From the NCBI GenBank assembly GCA_049840395.1, contig JASGLD010000001.1, forward strand, positions 612,366 through 676,365: 64,000 nucleotides of DNA, given 5' to 3'. Position 1 is the stretch's first letter. Every line of letters begins with the position of its first letter. Both the position numbers and the translations under genes were made by a program. Of this stretch, positions 42,377 to 51,934 are shown piece after piece. A model generated the notes under the pieces. The model was not told the origin of the DNA and made no database searches. It worked only from the letters and a program-made list of their open reading frames with translations. This DNA is from Steroidobacteraceae bacterium (GTDB taxonomy: Bacteria; Pseudomonadota; Gammaproteobacteria; Steroidobacterales; Steroidobacteraceae).

Positions 42377-44659
42377 TTAAAAAGGAATGTCGTCATCAAA
42401 CTCGTCGGTTCTGTCTTCGATGACAGGATTCTGGTCAATGATGGGTCTAAATTCCTGCAGGGCCAACGGGGGATGCGCTGCGCGAAACGTGGTTCGAAAC
42501 TCGCTTTGATCATTCAGTCGAATGAGAACGGGATTTTCGCAACTTGAAGCTTTTCCAAAGAAGACTGCATGTCGTTCTGGCAGTGAAGATAATGTGCTTG
42601 CGTAATCGCGCCCAATGTAATTAGCCAAGAATTCCTTTCCTGTTTCATCGAATGTCCGCATGGCAAACACTGTGTTGCATTGATTAAGGATTGTCTTTGT
42701 AACGTTAGCGGTACGCTGAGTTATTAATAAACACCCAAGCCCATACTTTCTCCCTTGTAGAATGGCACGAGCTGTTCCGCTGGTTGCATTCTTGTCACCT
42801 TCATTTACTACGGAGTTCCACTCCGGGATCAACGAGTGAGCCTCTTCATATACAAGGCAAACGCGGGCTGTCGGCGACATTTTGGTGGAAAGAACCGAAA
42901 GAGTTGATTCTGAAATTATTTGCGTAATTTCAACGGGCGTCACTGAGAATAGTCCGGCACGACTTCGCCACTCGTTACCTACTTTGTACTGGCTTGGTTC
43001 GCGTTGCTGTTTTGTTGCGACGAAGCTTGACGGGTTATATATCTTGAGCGGACGATTATTGTTATCGCTTAAAAAGTCAGAAATATCTGCGTAAATGGCA
43101 TCGCGCAGATTGGGTAATGATCCGCCATGCTCCGGATTGTTATCTAGCTCTTCACGATCTTTCTCAGAGGCTGCTTGTAGCTTCGCTAAGCAATGCTCTT
43201 CATAAGTGGAATCGTAAAAGTCATTCAATTCTTGTTCGTATTGATTCGTAAGGTCAAGACAAATGACCTTTATGCCTTCCGCCATGATTCGTTCAATCAA
43301 TTCGATGGCTAGCATTGATTTTCCAATGCCAAGAATTCCTAGAATAGCGGTGTTGTGTGTAACTAGATCGCTGATGCTCTTAATCTTTGCATGGAAGTTA
43401 GTCTCAGGAAAATGGCCAACCGAATTTATATTAACTTGGTATTCGGATCGCTTTTCAAGATATACGGGAGTGTTCAGTGTAGGTAACCAATTGCATTGCG
43501 AGAACTTAGAAAAGGCGTCATTCCAAACGCCGATTTGCTGCGCTTGTCCTCGCAAATATCCATAAGTATTCTTTTGTTGAACAATTTCTTCTTTTGTTAG
43601 GCCACCTACTATCTGATAGAGCACCTTATTTTGCCCAACCTTAGTAGAGACTAGACGTCCCTCCTCAAGCTCTGAGTTTTGGACTATCTCAAAGTATAGT
43701 CGCTCTATTGTCGTGTCTGGGGCGACCAAGCCAACTATGCTGGTTTGAGAATCTCTGGATAAGTTCTCAATACGGCAGATTTTATCGAGTATGTCGTCCT
43801 TAAGTTTATATACAGTCTCGTCTATAGGTGAGGCATCGATAGCTGAGTTACTTACTGCTGATAGATTTTTTAGTTCCACCGCACGAATAAGGATGCCTTC
43901 TGCCCGACCTACAAAATCCAAGGCGGCGACAAGCTTTTTTGGGCCGTGCTTATCACTGATATAAAGTAGGTCATATTTATTAATATCTCCTTCATGCTGT
44001 TGGCGAAGCAGCACAATTCCTGGATCTTGGAAAGCAACTACTTCGCCAATAGCGCCGTCGAAAACGTTGTTCGTGAATGTGCGCTTTATTTTATTAAATC
44101 CGCCAACTGTAAAATTTCCAAGCGACCACCAAACAGTTGTTCCGGTAACCATGCCTATAACGACTGCCTCTATCCAAGACTCTGCGTGAAAGCAAAAAAT
44201 TGAAAAAAGAACCAAGGGGGTATAGATGTACTCAGGCTGGCCGATTAGATCGAGTCCTATTCGGATTTTATTCGAAAGTTCTTTAGCCCACTCTGCATGC
44301 GAAGAATTTAGAGAAATGGTGAGGATGCCAAAGAACCCGACGACGAGGCTCGGTGCCATTGCTAGAACAAATCCCCATTGTTGATTAGCCGACCAGATGG
44401 GCCATTTGTTGACAAGTAATAGTGATATTGCTGCCGGTATCGCGTACGAAATTGCATCTACTGGTTTTACGTAGAATGGGGTTGCTAGTTTTGAACCTAT
44501 TAGCACTGAGAGTAGAGCTGAATATGCCCAAAAGCCCTTGTCACCCAAAGGCGGATATGGTGTGCCAAACAGGTAGTTGCATGCTATGAACACAACAATC
44601 AAGTCGATGCATAGTGATAAAAGGCGCTGTGGCTGGGTCAGTGCGAAATCTTTTTTCAT
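42377..44659 (-). CDS. HerA/FtsK-superfamily (DUF87-like) P-loop ATPase with an N-terminal polytopic membrane domain; low GC, likely horizontally acquired
   Basis: 760 aa. ~6 TM helices, a central beta-rich region, Walker A GILGIGKS, Walker B LVYEEAH and a HerA-type C-terminal motif LLITQRTANVTKTILNQCNTVF. GC is far below neighbours. Confidence 0.85.
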   Translation of the reverse strand: MKKDFALTQPQRLLSLCIDLIVVFIACNYLFGTPYPPLGDKGFWAYSALLSVLIGSKLATPFYVKPVDAISYAIPAAISLLLVNKWPIWSANQQWGFVLAMAPSLVVGFFGILTISLNSSHAEWAKELSNKIRIGLDLIGQPEYIYTPLVLFSIFCFHAESWIEAVVIGMVTGTTVWWSLGNFTVGGFNKIKRTFTNNVFDGAIGEVVAFQDPGIVLLRQQHEGDINKYDLLYISDKHGPKKLVAALDFVGRAEGILIRAVELKNLSAVSNSAIDASPIDETVYKLKDDILDKICRIENLSRDSQTSIVGLVAPDTTIERLYFEIVQNSELEEGRLVSTKVGQNKVLYQIVGGLTKEEIVQQKNTYGYLRGQAQQIGVWNDAFSKFSQCNWLPTLNTPVYLEKRSEYQVNINSVGHFPETNFHAKIKSISDLVTHNTAILGILGIGKSMLAIELIERIMAEGIKVICLDLTNQYEQELNDFYDSTYEEHCLAKLQAASEKDREELDNNPEHGGSLPNLRDAIYADISDFLSDNNNRPLKIYNPSSFVATKQQREPSQYKVGNEWRSRAGLFSVTPVEITQIISESTLSVLSTKMSPTARVCLVYEEAHSLIPEWNSVVNEGDKNATSGTARAILQGRKYGLGCLLITQRTANVTKTILNQCNTVFAMRTFDETGKEFLANYIGRDYASTLSSLPERHAVFFGKASSCENPVLIRLNDQSEFRTTFRAAHPPLALQEFRPIIDQNPVIEDRTDEFDDDIPF

Positions 44660-44699
44660 ATGGTTTATCCGTAACCTCTCAGATACTTAATAGCCCGCT

Positions 44700-44880
44700 C
44701 CGCGGATGTCGCCGGGTCGGGGGATTGGGAGTATTTATCGAGCACACTGCGAGAGAGTGTAAAGCTACACTTTAACTATTTTTAAATCACCCGATCCACA
44801 GACTCGTCATTACGTTCTCGCGCTCCGCGCACCGCGGGCTCCGAGGAGCCCGCTGCACGACTCAGGGGATCGGGTCAATC
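44700..44880. repeat. attC-like/cassette-boundary palindromic region
   Basis: CCGCGGATGTCGCCGGGTCGGGGG and GGGCTCCGAGGAGCCC palindromes, related to the repeat ends elsewhere in the array. Confidence 0.4.
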
Positions 44881-44881
44881 A

Positions 44882-45166
44882 TCAACCCGCCTCAACCAGC
44901 GGCCGGATATAAACCGAATCCAAACGATTCACCGACTCTCGAACGAGGGTCATGGCGATCTCTACGACATCCGGAAAATAGCCCTGTTGTTTTGGGTCGC
45001 TGTCATCGGCGTATTCAAGCGCCACATACAGACATTGAAGTAAAGATTGCGCTTTTGAAAGCTGGGTGCGCTCGGCTTCAATCGCTTCGTGTAACGCTTG
45101 GTGACGGGAATTGTGAATAGAGTTTTTGGAAAGACGCTGTTTCGAAGTAGAATTTCGCTTAGCCAT
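44882..45166 (-). CDS. Cassette-like small hypothetical protein (94 aa)
   Basis: ORF bounded by repeats. No recognisable domain. Confidence 0.45.
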   Translation of the reverse strand: MAKRNSTSKQRLSKNSIHNSRHQALHEAIEAERTQLSKAQSLLQCLYVALEYADDSDPKQQGYFPDVVEIAMTLVRESVNRLDSVYIRPLVEAG

Positions 45167-45530
45167 GGTGACCTCGTTGATAGGTGACTTTGGTTAGGCG
45201 TTCGTCTCGGTGACAGCCGGGGCGGACGCCGCTTTTTGTGGGCTGTTCGTGCCGCGTGAATTCCCAAAATGCCTGGAGCAATCCGTGTCGGCGGCATGAG
45301 CTAATCCCCACACAATCATGCCAGATAACTGTATGGATAACCAGCTAAAAAGCTTAAGTGAATTCAATTCATCGGCGCGCAACTTCAGTTAAAACTTTTC
45401 TACTTCTTTATCTGCAAACTGAAAATCAACATCACGCTCATCGGGTTGTGATGTTTGGGAGCGAATGACTACATAAATACCTACGGATCGACGGCCCGGT
45501 GATGCTGACCGCCGGGGTACACTCCATTCA

Positions 45531-46067
45531 CTACGTGCAACGACTAAACGCTAGTCTTAATGCCGTTCCAATTTCTCCATGTGTACTAATTGCAGGAATC
45601 TTCAAATGCTGCTCGTCTGCGATTCCTCTATTTGAATATTCTTCAAGCCCCTCATAATGACTTGGCACAATCATGATTATTCCATCAGCCTGGGAGATAC
45701 TGCAGCTTTTCATGTCCTTAAAAAGTGCACGACGTGAGCGATAACCATACTTCTTAACTTGTTGCTCAATGCATCTATTGTAGTGGTTACTTGATTCATC
45801 ACGTATCTCCTCCGCCTGCTTGAGACTAAAGAAACGAGTTTTGTCTAGGGCGGAAACAATTGCTTGGCCCAGTGCATCATCAAGGCTACTCACCGATATA
45901 TCGACCGGCGCATACAATGGATCAGGCTGCCCCATGCGATAGGCAGAGTATGTCCACACTGATATGAATTTACTACTTGACGTCGCTATCGCTTGTTTTT
46001 CTCTAATTGGATCGAGAACAGTCGGACTAAATAGCGACGTCACTTTTTTCCTAATTTTCTCTAGCAT
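45531..46067 (-). CDS. Cassette-like hypothetical protein (178 aa), low GC
   Basis: A palindromic GC-rich repeat (ACGGCCCGG...CCGCCGGGGT) lies immediately downstream of the stop. Confidence 0.6.
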   Translation of the reverse strand: MLEKIRKKVTSLFSPTVLDPIREKQAIATSSSKFISVWTYSAYRMGQPDPLYAPVDISVSSLDDALGQAIVSALDKTRFFSLKQAEEIRDESSNHYNRCIEQQVKKYGYRSRRALFKDMKSCSISQADGIIMIVPSHYEGLEEYSNRGIADEQHLKIPAISTHGEIGTALRLAFSRCT

Positions 46068-46218
46068 TGAACGATCCTATTAGTCAGGCCTCCAAGAGTT
46101 ATTATTAATATACACCGGCACACCCCGTACTGGGTTGCTCTTCAAACCACCGTCATAATTAACTGCCCGCTGAATTTGCTGAATCTGCACAGCAGGAGTT
46201 TCCGCACACGACAACGGT

Positions 46219-46362
46219 GCTGGGCCGTCGGATCGGGGATTCAAGAAGAATAATCGAGAACTGACTTCGTCTACTTCACAAGATGCTTTCATCTCGCGGC
46301 ACTTAAGCAACTGCAGTTGATATATATCAAATACCCCCGATCCCCCGGCCAGGCGATGTTCT
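46219..46362. repeat. ~150-bp cassette-array repeat, copy A (attC-like)
   Basis: Shares ~80% identity with copies at 46951-47098, 51041-51198 and 52803-52957. Ends CCGGCCAGGCGATGTT. Spurious ORF 46080..46487 is its translation. Confidence 0.65.
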
Positions 46363-46532
46363 GTTCTCCCCGAAGGGAGCGAGACGATTGGGTAAGGCGA
46401 GAGGCATAGAACCGGAAGTACAAAGCAGTGCGGCGGCAGCGCTTGATCATCGAGCGCACATTGACCGACAATGTTCTGAGCGACCATTAAAATCGCAGCT
46501 TAGTCGCAAGCAGCACTCAGGGAGATAAAGAG

Positions 46533-46946
46533 ATGCCTACGCTCGAGCCCGTCGAATTAAAAGCATTCATCCCGGCAAAGGACTACCAACTTTCAATCCA
46601 ATTTTACCAAGACCTCGGTTTTACCTTGTGCTGGGGAGGCGAAGGCGAGCTTGCCTACTTCCATTACGGCGACCATGGCAATCACGGCAAAGTCGGTTTC
46701 CTGCTGCAACGTTTCTACGTCAAAGAATTCGCAGAAAACCTCATGATGCATCTCATCGTCAAAGACCTCGATGCATGGTGGGCGAACGTGCAAGATAAAA
46801 ATTTGGCGGAGAAATACGGCGTGAGAACGGAGCCGCCTGAGCTTCGGCCATGGGATATGACGGACTGTGTTATTTGCGATCCGTCGGGGGTTTTATGGCG
46901 GATCGCACAGGAAGATCAAGGAGAGGATTGGCGCGAACCGGCTTAG
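46533..46946 (+). CDS. VOC family (glyoxalase/bleomycin-resistance-like) protein; the only plus-strand cassette gene
   Basis: 137 aa with a beta-alpha-beta-beta-beta VOC-like pattern. A common integron cassette function. Confidence 0.65.
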   Translation: MPTLEPVELKAFIPAKDYQLSIQFYQDLGFTLCWGGEGELAYFHYGDHGNHGKVGFLLQRFYVKEFAENLMMHLIVKDLDAWWANVQDKNLAEKYGVRTEPPELRPWDMTDCVICDPSGVLWRIAQEDQGEDWREPA

Positions 46947-46950
46947 CAGT

Positions 46951-47098
46951 CGACATCGCCGGGCCGGGGGAGGGGACTCAAGAAGAGTAATCGAGAACTG
47001 ACTTCGCTTACTTCACAAGATGCTTTCGTCTCGCGGCACTTAAGCAACTGCAGTTGATATATATAAAATACCCCGATCCTCCGGCCCGGCGATGTTCA
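46951..47098. repeat. ~150-bp cassette-array repeat, copy B (attC-like)
   Basis: Terminal inverted repeats CATCGCCGGGCCGG ... CCGGCCCGGCGATG. It lies directly below the stop of 47109..47573. Confidence 0.65.
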
Positions 47099-47108
47099 CG
47101 TAGCATGT

Positions 47109-47573
47109 TCATAGGAGCGTAAGCACTCCATCCTCTATCGAGAACGGAGCGTCATTGACCGCAGTGATCTTTCCGTCGAAAGACAAACAAAGTTTGTGTT
47201 CGGGGTCCCAGCGGGGATCGACATGAATGCTGGCAAAGAGGTCTGAGTGAACGTTAAGAATGGCTGCTCCGACTTCGGTCAGCACCTGGGACCTAGCTAG
47301 GCCAGAGGGAACCTTCCAAAATCGAAGCCAATCGTTGGTCTCGGCATGCTTGTAGTGCCCATATATCAAATCCCAAATTTGCGAACCGTGAGTCTCGGCG
47401 AATGCCGCAAGCCTAGCCGCTAGATTGACCATCGCTTCAGTCGGCAAGGTCTCAATGTCGCAGTAAAGCTCAACGGGTAAAATACCAATCTCCGTCTCGA
47501 CGGAGTGTTCCCAAAGCCAGGTATCAAAGAGAGCTGGCCCGCGAGGTTGCTTGTGAAATTCAGAGAGCCGCAT
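47109..47573 (-). CDS. Cassette-like hypothetical protein (154 aa)
   Basis: ORF immediately upstream (in gene orientation) of repeat copy B. Confidence 0.6.
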   Translation of the reverse strand: MRLSEFHKQPRGPALFDTWLWEHSVETEIGILPVELYCDIETLPTEAMVNLAARLAAFAETHGSQIWDLIYGHYKHAETNDWLRFWKVPSGLARSQVLTEVGAAILNVHSDLFASIHVDPRWDPEHKLCLSFDGKITAVNDAPFSIEDGVLTLL

Positions 47574-47693
47574 AGTTTGAGTGAGCCACAGAATGAGACG
47601 CCCAACGCTGCTGATAAGCCGACGCGAAAGAGCGTAGCGATTGAGCGGTCGAACGACCGGAGGGAGTGAACTTGATTGGCTGGTTAGGTGCCT

Positions 47694-47927
47694 TCATGAC
47701 TTGGAGAGCGCAATAAACCATTTTTCAGGGTGCTTCGGGCATAACAGTTGTCCAGCCTCATCTTTCTTTCCTTCGCGGACAAGTTGAACAACTTTGTGAG
47801 CTTCCAGATGCCTTGGAATCTCAGGAAGTGATTCATTACAACAAGCAGCCAGCACGACATCGCGCAGGCGATACCAATCAGTTGACGATAAATCCGTATC
47901 GTTGAAACCACTGCTCATAGCGGGCAC
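47694..47927 (-). CDS. Possible small cassette ORF (77 aa)
   Basis: Only ORF in the 47.6-48.1 kb gap. Weak support. Confidence 0.3.
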   Translation of the reverse strand: MPAMSSGFNDTDLSSTDWYRLRDVVLAACCNESLPEIPRHLEAHKVVQLVREGKKDEAGQLLCPKHPEKWFIALSKS

Positions 47928-48095
47928 CTAACGAATTAACTAACGGGCGCGCCGTCTTTCGGCGCGTCTGCGTTAAGTGATTTGTTAGTGCTCTTAGCTT
48001 TCATCAGTTTGAACCTCAATTTCAAGCTCGTCGTTTCTTCCGAGCTTCAATACGTAAGCGAACTTGCCAGAACCCAACAGAGGACAACGGTGCCG

Positions 48096-48160
48096 GGCCG
48101 TCGGATCGTAGGTGTCCTTGCGCGGACCGACGGCCCGGCACCGCTCACCCTGTGTCGGAG
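48096..48160. repeat. GC-rich palindrome (GTGCCGGGCCGTCGG...CCGACGGCCCGGCAC), attC-like
   Basis: A 15-nt inverted repeat directly downstream of the 48184..48615 stop. Related to the left end of repeat copy A. Confidence 0.5.
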
Positions 48161-48183
48161 CGATTTGCGGGCTGCAGCCATCA

Positions 48184-48615
48184 CTACTCAATGTAGAGAT
48201 GAGCAAGTAAATGACGCTTTTCCTTATCTGCAAGTACGTCGATGGATCCCCCGTTAGGTGCATCCTTGGGCTTACCTAGATAGTGCCACGCCACTTCGAA
48301 ATTTGGCCCCTTGTTTTCAGACATGGGGTGGTCATGGGCATGCTTGTAGTAGGGAGTTTCCTCCAATGTATATGGCTCACTCACCAGCAATTTTGGGAAA
48401 TCAGAAGGATCTATCTCGAACGCACAAGTTACCAATGTGTCTGTAAAGCCCAGTGACGCACAGTCAGCAGATGAGACCGACCATGGCACAGTATTCAGGT
48501 CAAAAAGATATCCGACTCCCATTCGCTCTTGCCACCAAGAAAATGTGAGGCCCAGTGCGAACAGTGTAAGTGTGGCGCCTAGCCAAAGCTTCCATCTCTT
48601 AAGCTGCTGTAGCAT
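48184..48615 (-). CDS. Cassette-like membrane-anchored hypothetical protein (143 aa)
   Basis: N-terminal TM (LWLGATLTLFALGLTFSWW). Confidence 0.6.
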   Translation of the reverse strand: MLQQLKRWKLWLGATLTLFALGLTFSWWQERMGVGYLFDLNTVPWSVSSADCASLGFTDTLVTCAFEIDPSDFPKLLVSEPYTLEETPYYKHAHDHPMSENKGPNFEVAWHYLGKPKDAPNGGSIDVLADKEKRHLLAHLYIE

Positions 48616-48627
48616 TTGTCTCTAGTT

Positions 48628-48695
48628 GCCTAACGCCGTGTATTAGACGACAAGTCGCGAGTCTGCGCCGGGCCGTCTCGAAGCGCTGGTTAGGT
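48628..48695. repeat. Canonical integron attC-like site (68 bp): GCCTAAC ... GTTAGGT
   Basis: Inverse core RYYYAAC (GCCTAAC) and core GTTRRRY (GTTAGGT) as inverted repeats. The core overlaps the TAA stop of 48690..49019 (ACCTAAC on the coding strand). Confidence 0.6.
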
Positions 48696-49019
48696 TGCTT
48701 TTGGTTGCGCATTAAAGAAGTGTACGAGATCAGCAGCGGTCTTGACCTTGCCATATAGCGGGTTCGCTTCCATCTTATCCATCGAGCGAGCTGTCCGTTG
48801 CGCAATCTCGGAGGCAATATCCATATCGAGATCTTCGCTGTCTATTGGCAAATCCTGGCCAAAGACATCCGATGCTCGGATTGGGATCTGATACTTCGAT
48901 CCTAAGTGCTCTTGTAGTTGCTCATAAACCGCGCGCACGACCCAGGTATCAACCGAGCGCTCATCGAATGAGCGAGCGAACTCACAAATGGACTCACCTT
49001 TTCTAGAAGCTGCAAGCAC
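48690..49019 (-). CDS. Cassette-like hypothetical protein (109 aa), possibly an ACP-like fold
   Basis: The acidic IDSEDLDMDI segment vaguely resembles a phosphopantetheine attachment region. Low confidence on function. Confidence 0.55.
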   Translation of the reverse strand: MLAASRKGESICEFARSFDERSVDTWVVRAVYEQLQEHLGSKYQIPIRASDVFGQDLPIDSEDLDMDIASEIAQRTARSMDKMEANPLYGKVKTAADLVHFFNAQPKAT

Positions 49020-49059
49020 GAACCCGCGACCCGGCGATGCTCATCCAAAACGCATTGCT

Positions 49060-49560
49060 CTACTCGCCGTACTCAAATGAGTGCAGAGCATGAAGCGCGC
49101 TAACCACGTGCGGCCCCCAATGAAGTCGAAACATTTCACGCCAACTGTACACAGCGGCCTCGACATGCCCAGCATCAAACAACCAGAGGCCTGACGAGAT
49201 GTCCGCGTAGATGTCTTGGAAGTCGTCGAACAGATCGCCACAACCTGGCTCCGTATCTGTATCGGGCAAGGCGGGTTCGCACAGAACCCAATAATACTGA
49301 AAAGGCAAAGCTGATAAATTCTGTGCTACCACTTGGCGCTGAACGTCAGTTGTACGAGGAGCCTCAGGAGACCGTTTGAATTCGACTTCCGGTAGGTAGA
49401 GCGCTGAGTTGTAAACAGAAGATAGATGACGAAGCGCTTCGACCTTGAATTGCTTCGGAGCTGCGCCATCGTGGTCCGTTTTGCACCACTTTACGAATTG
49501 TCGCGCATGCTTCTCAAACTGAGCTATTGCATCTGATTGAGTCATGATGCGTTCGAACAA
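49060..49560 (-). CDS. Cassette-like hypothetical protein (166 aa)
   Basis: Separated from the previous ORF by only 40 bp, which contains a repeat-end remnant (ACCCGGCGATG). Possibly a two-gene cassette. Confidence 0.6.
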   Translation of the reverse strand: MFERIMTQSDAIAQFEKHARQFVKWCKTDHDGAAPKQFKVEALRHLSSVYNSALYLPEVEFKRSPEAPRTTDVQRQVVAQNLSALPFQYYWVLCEPALPDTDTEPGCGDLFDDFQDIYADISSGLWLFDAGHVEAAVYSWREMFRLHWGPHVVSALHALHSFEYGE

Positions 49561-49617
49561 GTAACGAACGGACGTGGGTGTCCGGGCATGTTTATTACTG
49601 AGGACACTCGACGACTC

Positions 49618-50202
49618 CTAGAACAGGAATTCCTGTACGGCTAATGATGCGACAATTCGTCCGTTTACAGTCGCTGGCTCAAATCGCCATTGCTTCATGC
49701 TTTCGAGCGCCGCCGCAGTAAGCGCGGGCGAGGAAGTCTCGAGCACGACCTGATCACTTGCAACGCCGCTAGTCGTAATGATGTAGCCGATTACAACCTT
49801 ACCTGACTTAGGCATACCGTCAGCATCCAATTGCCGACCCGGCAAACTGCCCGCAAGAACTTTAGCTCTATTCATAATCGAATCGTTAAGAACGTCGGCA
49901 AAGATGTACTTGCACCCATAGGCTTTCTTAAGCGCTTGGTCCATTTGACTCGTTTCCGCCGTGGCACGATTGAATATCGTGCGCGCCAGCATCGACTCGG
50001 TGGATTCCTTTTTCGCACCGGACTTGCTGGGCGACTCACAGGCAGCATTAGCCGAAATACAGCAGGATAGTGCGGCAATTCCAGCAAAGACTCGTATCAT
50101 GATTTTCATGCAAATAGGCCTAACGTTCCCAGTAAGCTGAACAGTGTCAGGTCGTCGATCCGTATGTATGTATTTTAATGGCGAGGGTGAAGTACACCAC
50201 AT
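49618..50202 (-). CDS. Secreted TonB C-terminal-domain-like protein; probable true start at MKIMIRVFAGIAALSCC (~50109)
   Basis: Signal peptide. The C-terminal region resembles TonB_C (VVLETSSPALTAAALESMKQWRFEPATVNGRIV). Confidence 0.6.
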   Translation of the reverse strand: MWCTSPSPLKYIHTDRRPDTVQLTGNVRPICMKIMIRVFAGIAALSCCISANAACESPSKSGAKKESTESMLARTIFNRATAETSQMDQALKKAYGCKYIFADVLNDSIMNRAKVLAGSLPGRQLDADGMPKSGKVVIGYIITTSGVASDQVVLETSSPALTAAALESMKQWRFEPATVNGRIVASLAVQEFLF

Positions 50203-50279
50203 AAATACCTACGGATCGACGGCCCGGCATCGTTTCCCGCGGCATCATTTCCCGAATCGCCTCCAATTGCTTGTTAAGC
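50118..50279. repeat. attC-like site (162 bp): GCCTAAC ... GTTAAGC
   Basis: RYYYAAC and GTTRRRY cores at the two ends. GTTAAGC overlaps the TAA stop of 50274..51005. Internal ACGGATCGACGGCCCGG matches the 45470 repeat. Confidence 0.55.
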
Positions 50280-51005
50280 ATCCGCACTTTTTGGTCTCTT
50301 CCAAATGAGAAAATTGGCGTTGCTCGTGCTCCCCATCGCTTTGATTACGGCTTCGTCGTTCAATACATTGAAACGAGATTGAAGCTGCTCAAGGAGTTTG
50401 AATTTCACTGCCGCATCGTGCGGGATCAAGCAGCCTTTCTGGTTGCCATCCATGATTGCAAAGAACACATCCTCTGCATATGGGCCGTCATCTGTAGTAA
50501 TGATTCTGATCTCATCTACGTCATCCCAACGAATTCGCTCGTTTATCGAGCCTACCGTCCTCACAACACCCACATCATCGATTTCGATCGTTTCTGTTTC
50601 AGTCCCGGGTTCCGCCCCGAATCCGAACCTGGCGCGTCGCAGATAGGCAGCAGCTGGAAAGCCGAATGCGACAAGCGCAAGGATGGCATTGATCACAGAT
50701 GGGTTTGATCGGGATTCGGAAACCGCTACGCTATCAACGATTTCGGTGAACAGATACCACGCGGTGACAACAAGTACCGCGGACGCAAGGAAGCTGCCTA
50801 TTACCCTCTGAATACGACCGTGGACGAAACAGACGGCCGCGATACCAAGGCAAAAGGTGCCAAACAAGTAGTGACCGATCGGCCTATCCGCGCTCGGCGC
50901 GATGAGAATCATCACCATGCCGAACAAACCCGCGAAGAACGAGAGAATTAATCGAAGTGCAAGACCATTGCCGCCTCGTGTCGGCTGTGTTTCTTCGGGG
51001 ATCAT
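50274..51005 (-). CDS. Cassette-like membrane protein (243 aa; 4 TM plus a cytoplasmic domain)
   Basis: Hydrophobic N-terminal half and a soluble acidic C-terminal half. Confidence 0.6.
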   Translation of the reverse strand: MIPEETQPTRGGNGLALRLILSFFAGLFGMVMILIAPSADRPIGHYLFGTFCLGIAAVCFVHGRIQRVIGSFLASAVLVVTAWYLFTEIVDSVAVSESRSNPSVINAILALVAFGFPAAAYLRRARFGFGAEPGTETETIEIDDVGVVRTVGSINERIRWDDVDEIRIITTDDGPYAEDVFFAIMDGNQKGCLIPHDAAVKFKLLEQLQSRFNVLNDEAVIKAMGSTSNANFLIWKRPKSADA

Positions 51006-51040
51006 TGTGATATTGCTGGTAGATTGATTAGTGCGGAATC

Positions 51041-51198
51041 AGCATCGCCGGGCCGGAGGATCGGAGGATTCAAAAAGAACAATTGAGAACTGGCTTCGCC
51101 TGCTTCACAAGATGCTTTCGTCTCGCGGTACTTAAGAAACTGCAGTTGATATGTATCAATAGCCACGATTCACGGCCCGCTGCAACTGCTTGTTAGCC
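51041..51198. repeat. ~150-bp cassette-array repeat, copy C (attC-like), ending with GTTAGCC
   Basis: Aligned with copies A, B and D. GTTAGCC lies 19 bp before the GNAT stop. Confidence 0.6.
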
Positions 51199-51216
51199 GC
51201 TGGCATGTCGGTGATG

Positions 51217-51699
51217 CTAGCTCTCTGATGCAAAATGATCGAGCTCCGGCCCTGCGAGTCTGAAATACAGCTTGCCCGGATTCGTTTGGGCTCCGAGTTG
51301 ACGATAGAAGCTCAATGCTTCCAGGTTAGTTTCGTCGACGGTCCAGTCGAAGCGGCTACACGATTTGGAAACAGCATAGCGAGCTACGAAGTGCATCAAG
51401 GCCTTGCCAATACCTCCGCCGCGACAATCAGAGGCCACAAACAGCTCCTTCATGAAGAGCTGTCCGCGCTCCTTGGGTGCGGGATAAAGAATAGAGATTG
51501 AGGCCAAGCCGACTGCGCGTACACCGTCGAGCGCGATGACTAGGTGCACACCTGAGTGCTCACCCAGTATGTTCTTGATAAGGTTCTGTCTCACCTCGTG
51601 ACGTTCAGACGCATTCGGGCCGTTGTAATGAGCGCTCATGTCGAGCATGAGGTCTGTTACGGTTTCCAAGTATTCATGCGTGTAGAACTGAATGTGCAT
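51217..51699 (-). CDS. GNAT family N-acetyltransferase
   Basis: Acetyl-CoA binding motif (RGGGIGKALMHFV). Confidence 0.8.
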   Translation of the reverse strand: MHIQFYTHEYLETVTDLMLDMSAHYNGPNASERHEVRQNLIKNILGEHSGVHLVIALDGVRAVGLASISILYPAPKERGQLFMKELFVASDCRGGGIGKALMHFVARYAVSKSCSRFDWTVDETNLEALSFYRQLGAQTNPGKLYFRLAGPELDHFASES

Positions 51700-51934
51700 G
51701 ATTGGCGGCTAACTAGAAGTAGAGGCCGGTGATACGGGCCCTAAATGTCCCTTTACAAAGGTACTTATATCAGTGTTGTGCACCTTGGTTCTCCAGAATT
51801 CCTTGTCGAACAATCGGCTGCTGCTTTGTAGCTGAGCGTATCGAAAAAAGCAAAAGGGACTTGTGAGTGGTCGCTCCTGGCCGGTATCTGCACTGCAATG
51901 GAGTCGGGCCATCGGATCATGGGTGTTTGGCGAT

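Noticed and set aside
46080-46487. ORF 46080..46487 (-, 135 aa) and ORF 52787..53074 (-, 95 aa) with similar peptide segments (...YQLQLLKCRE...SRLFFL...)
   Set aside because: Both are translations of the ~150-bp array repeat (copies A and D) and overlap the palindromes. Their similarity reflects repeat DNA, not a protein family.
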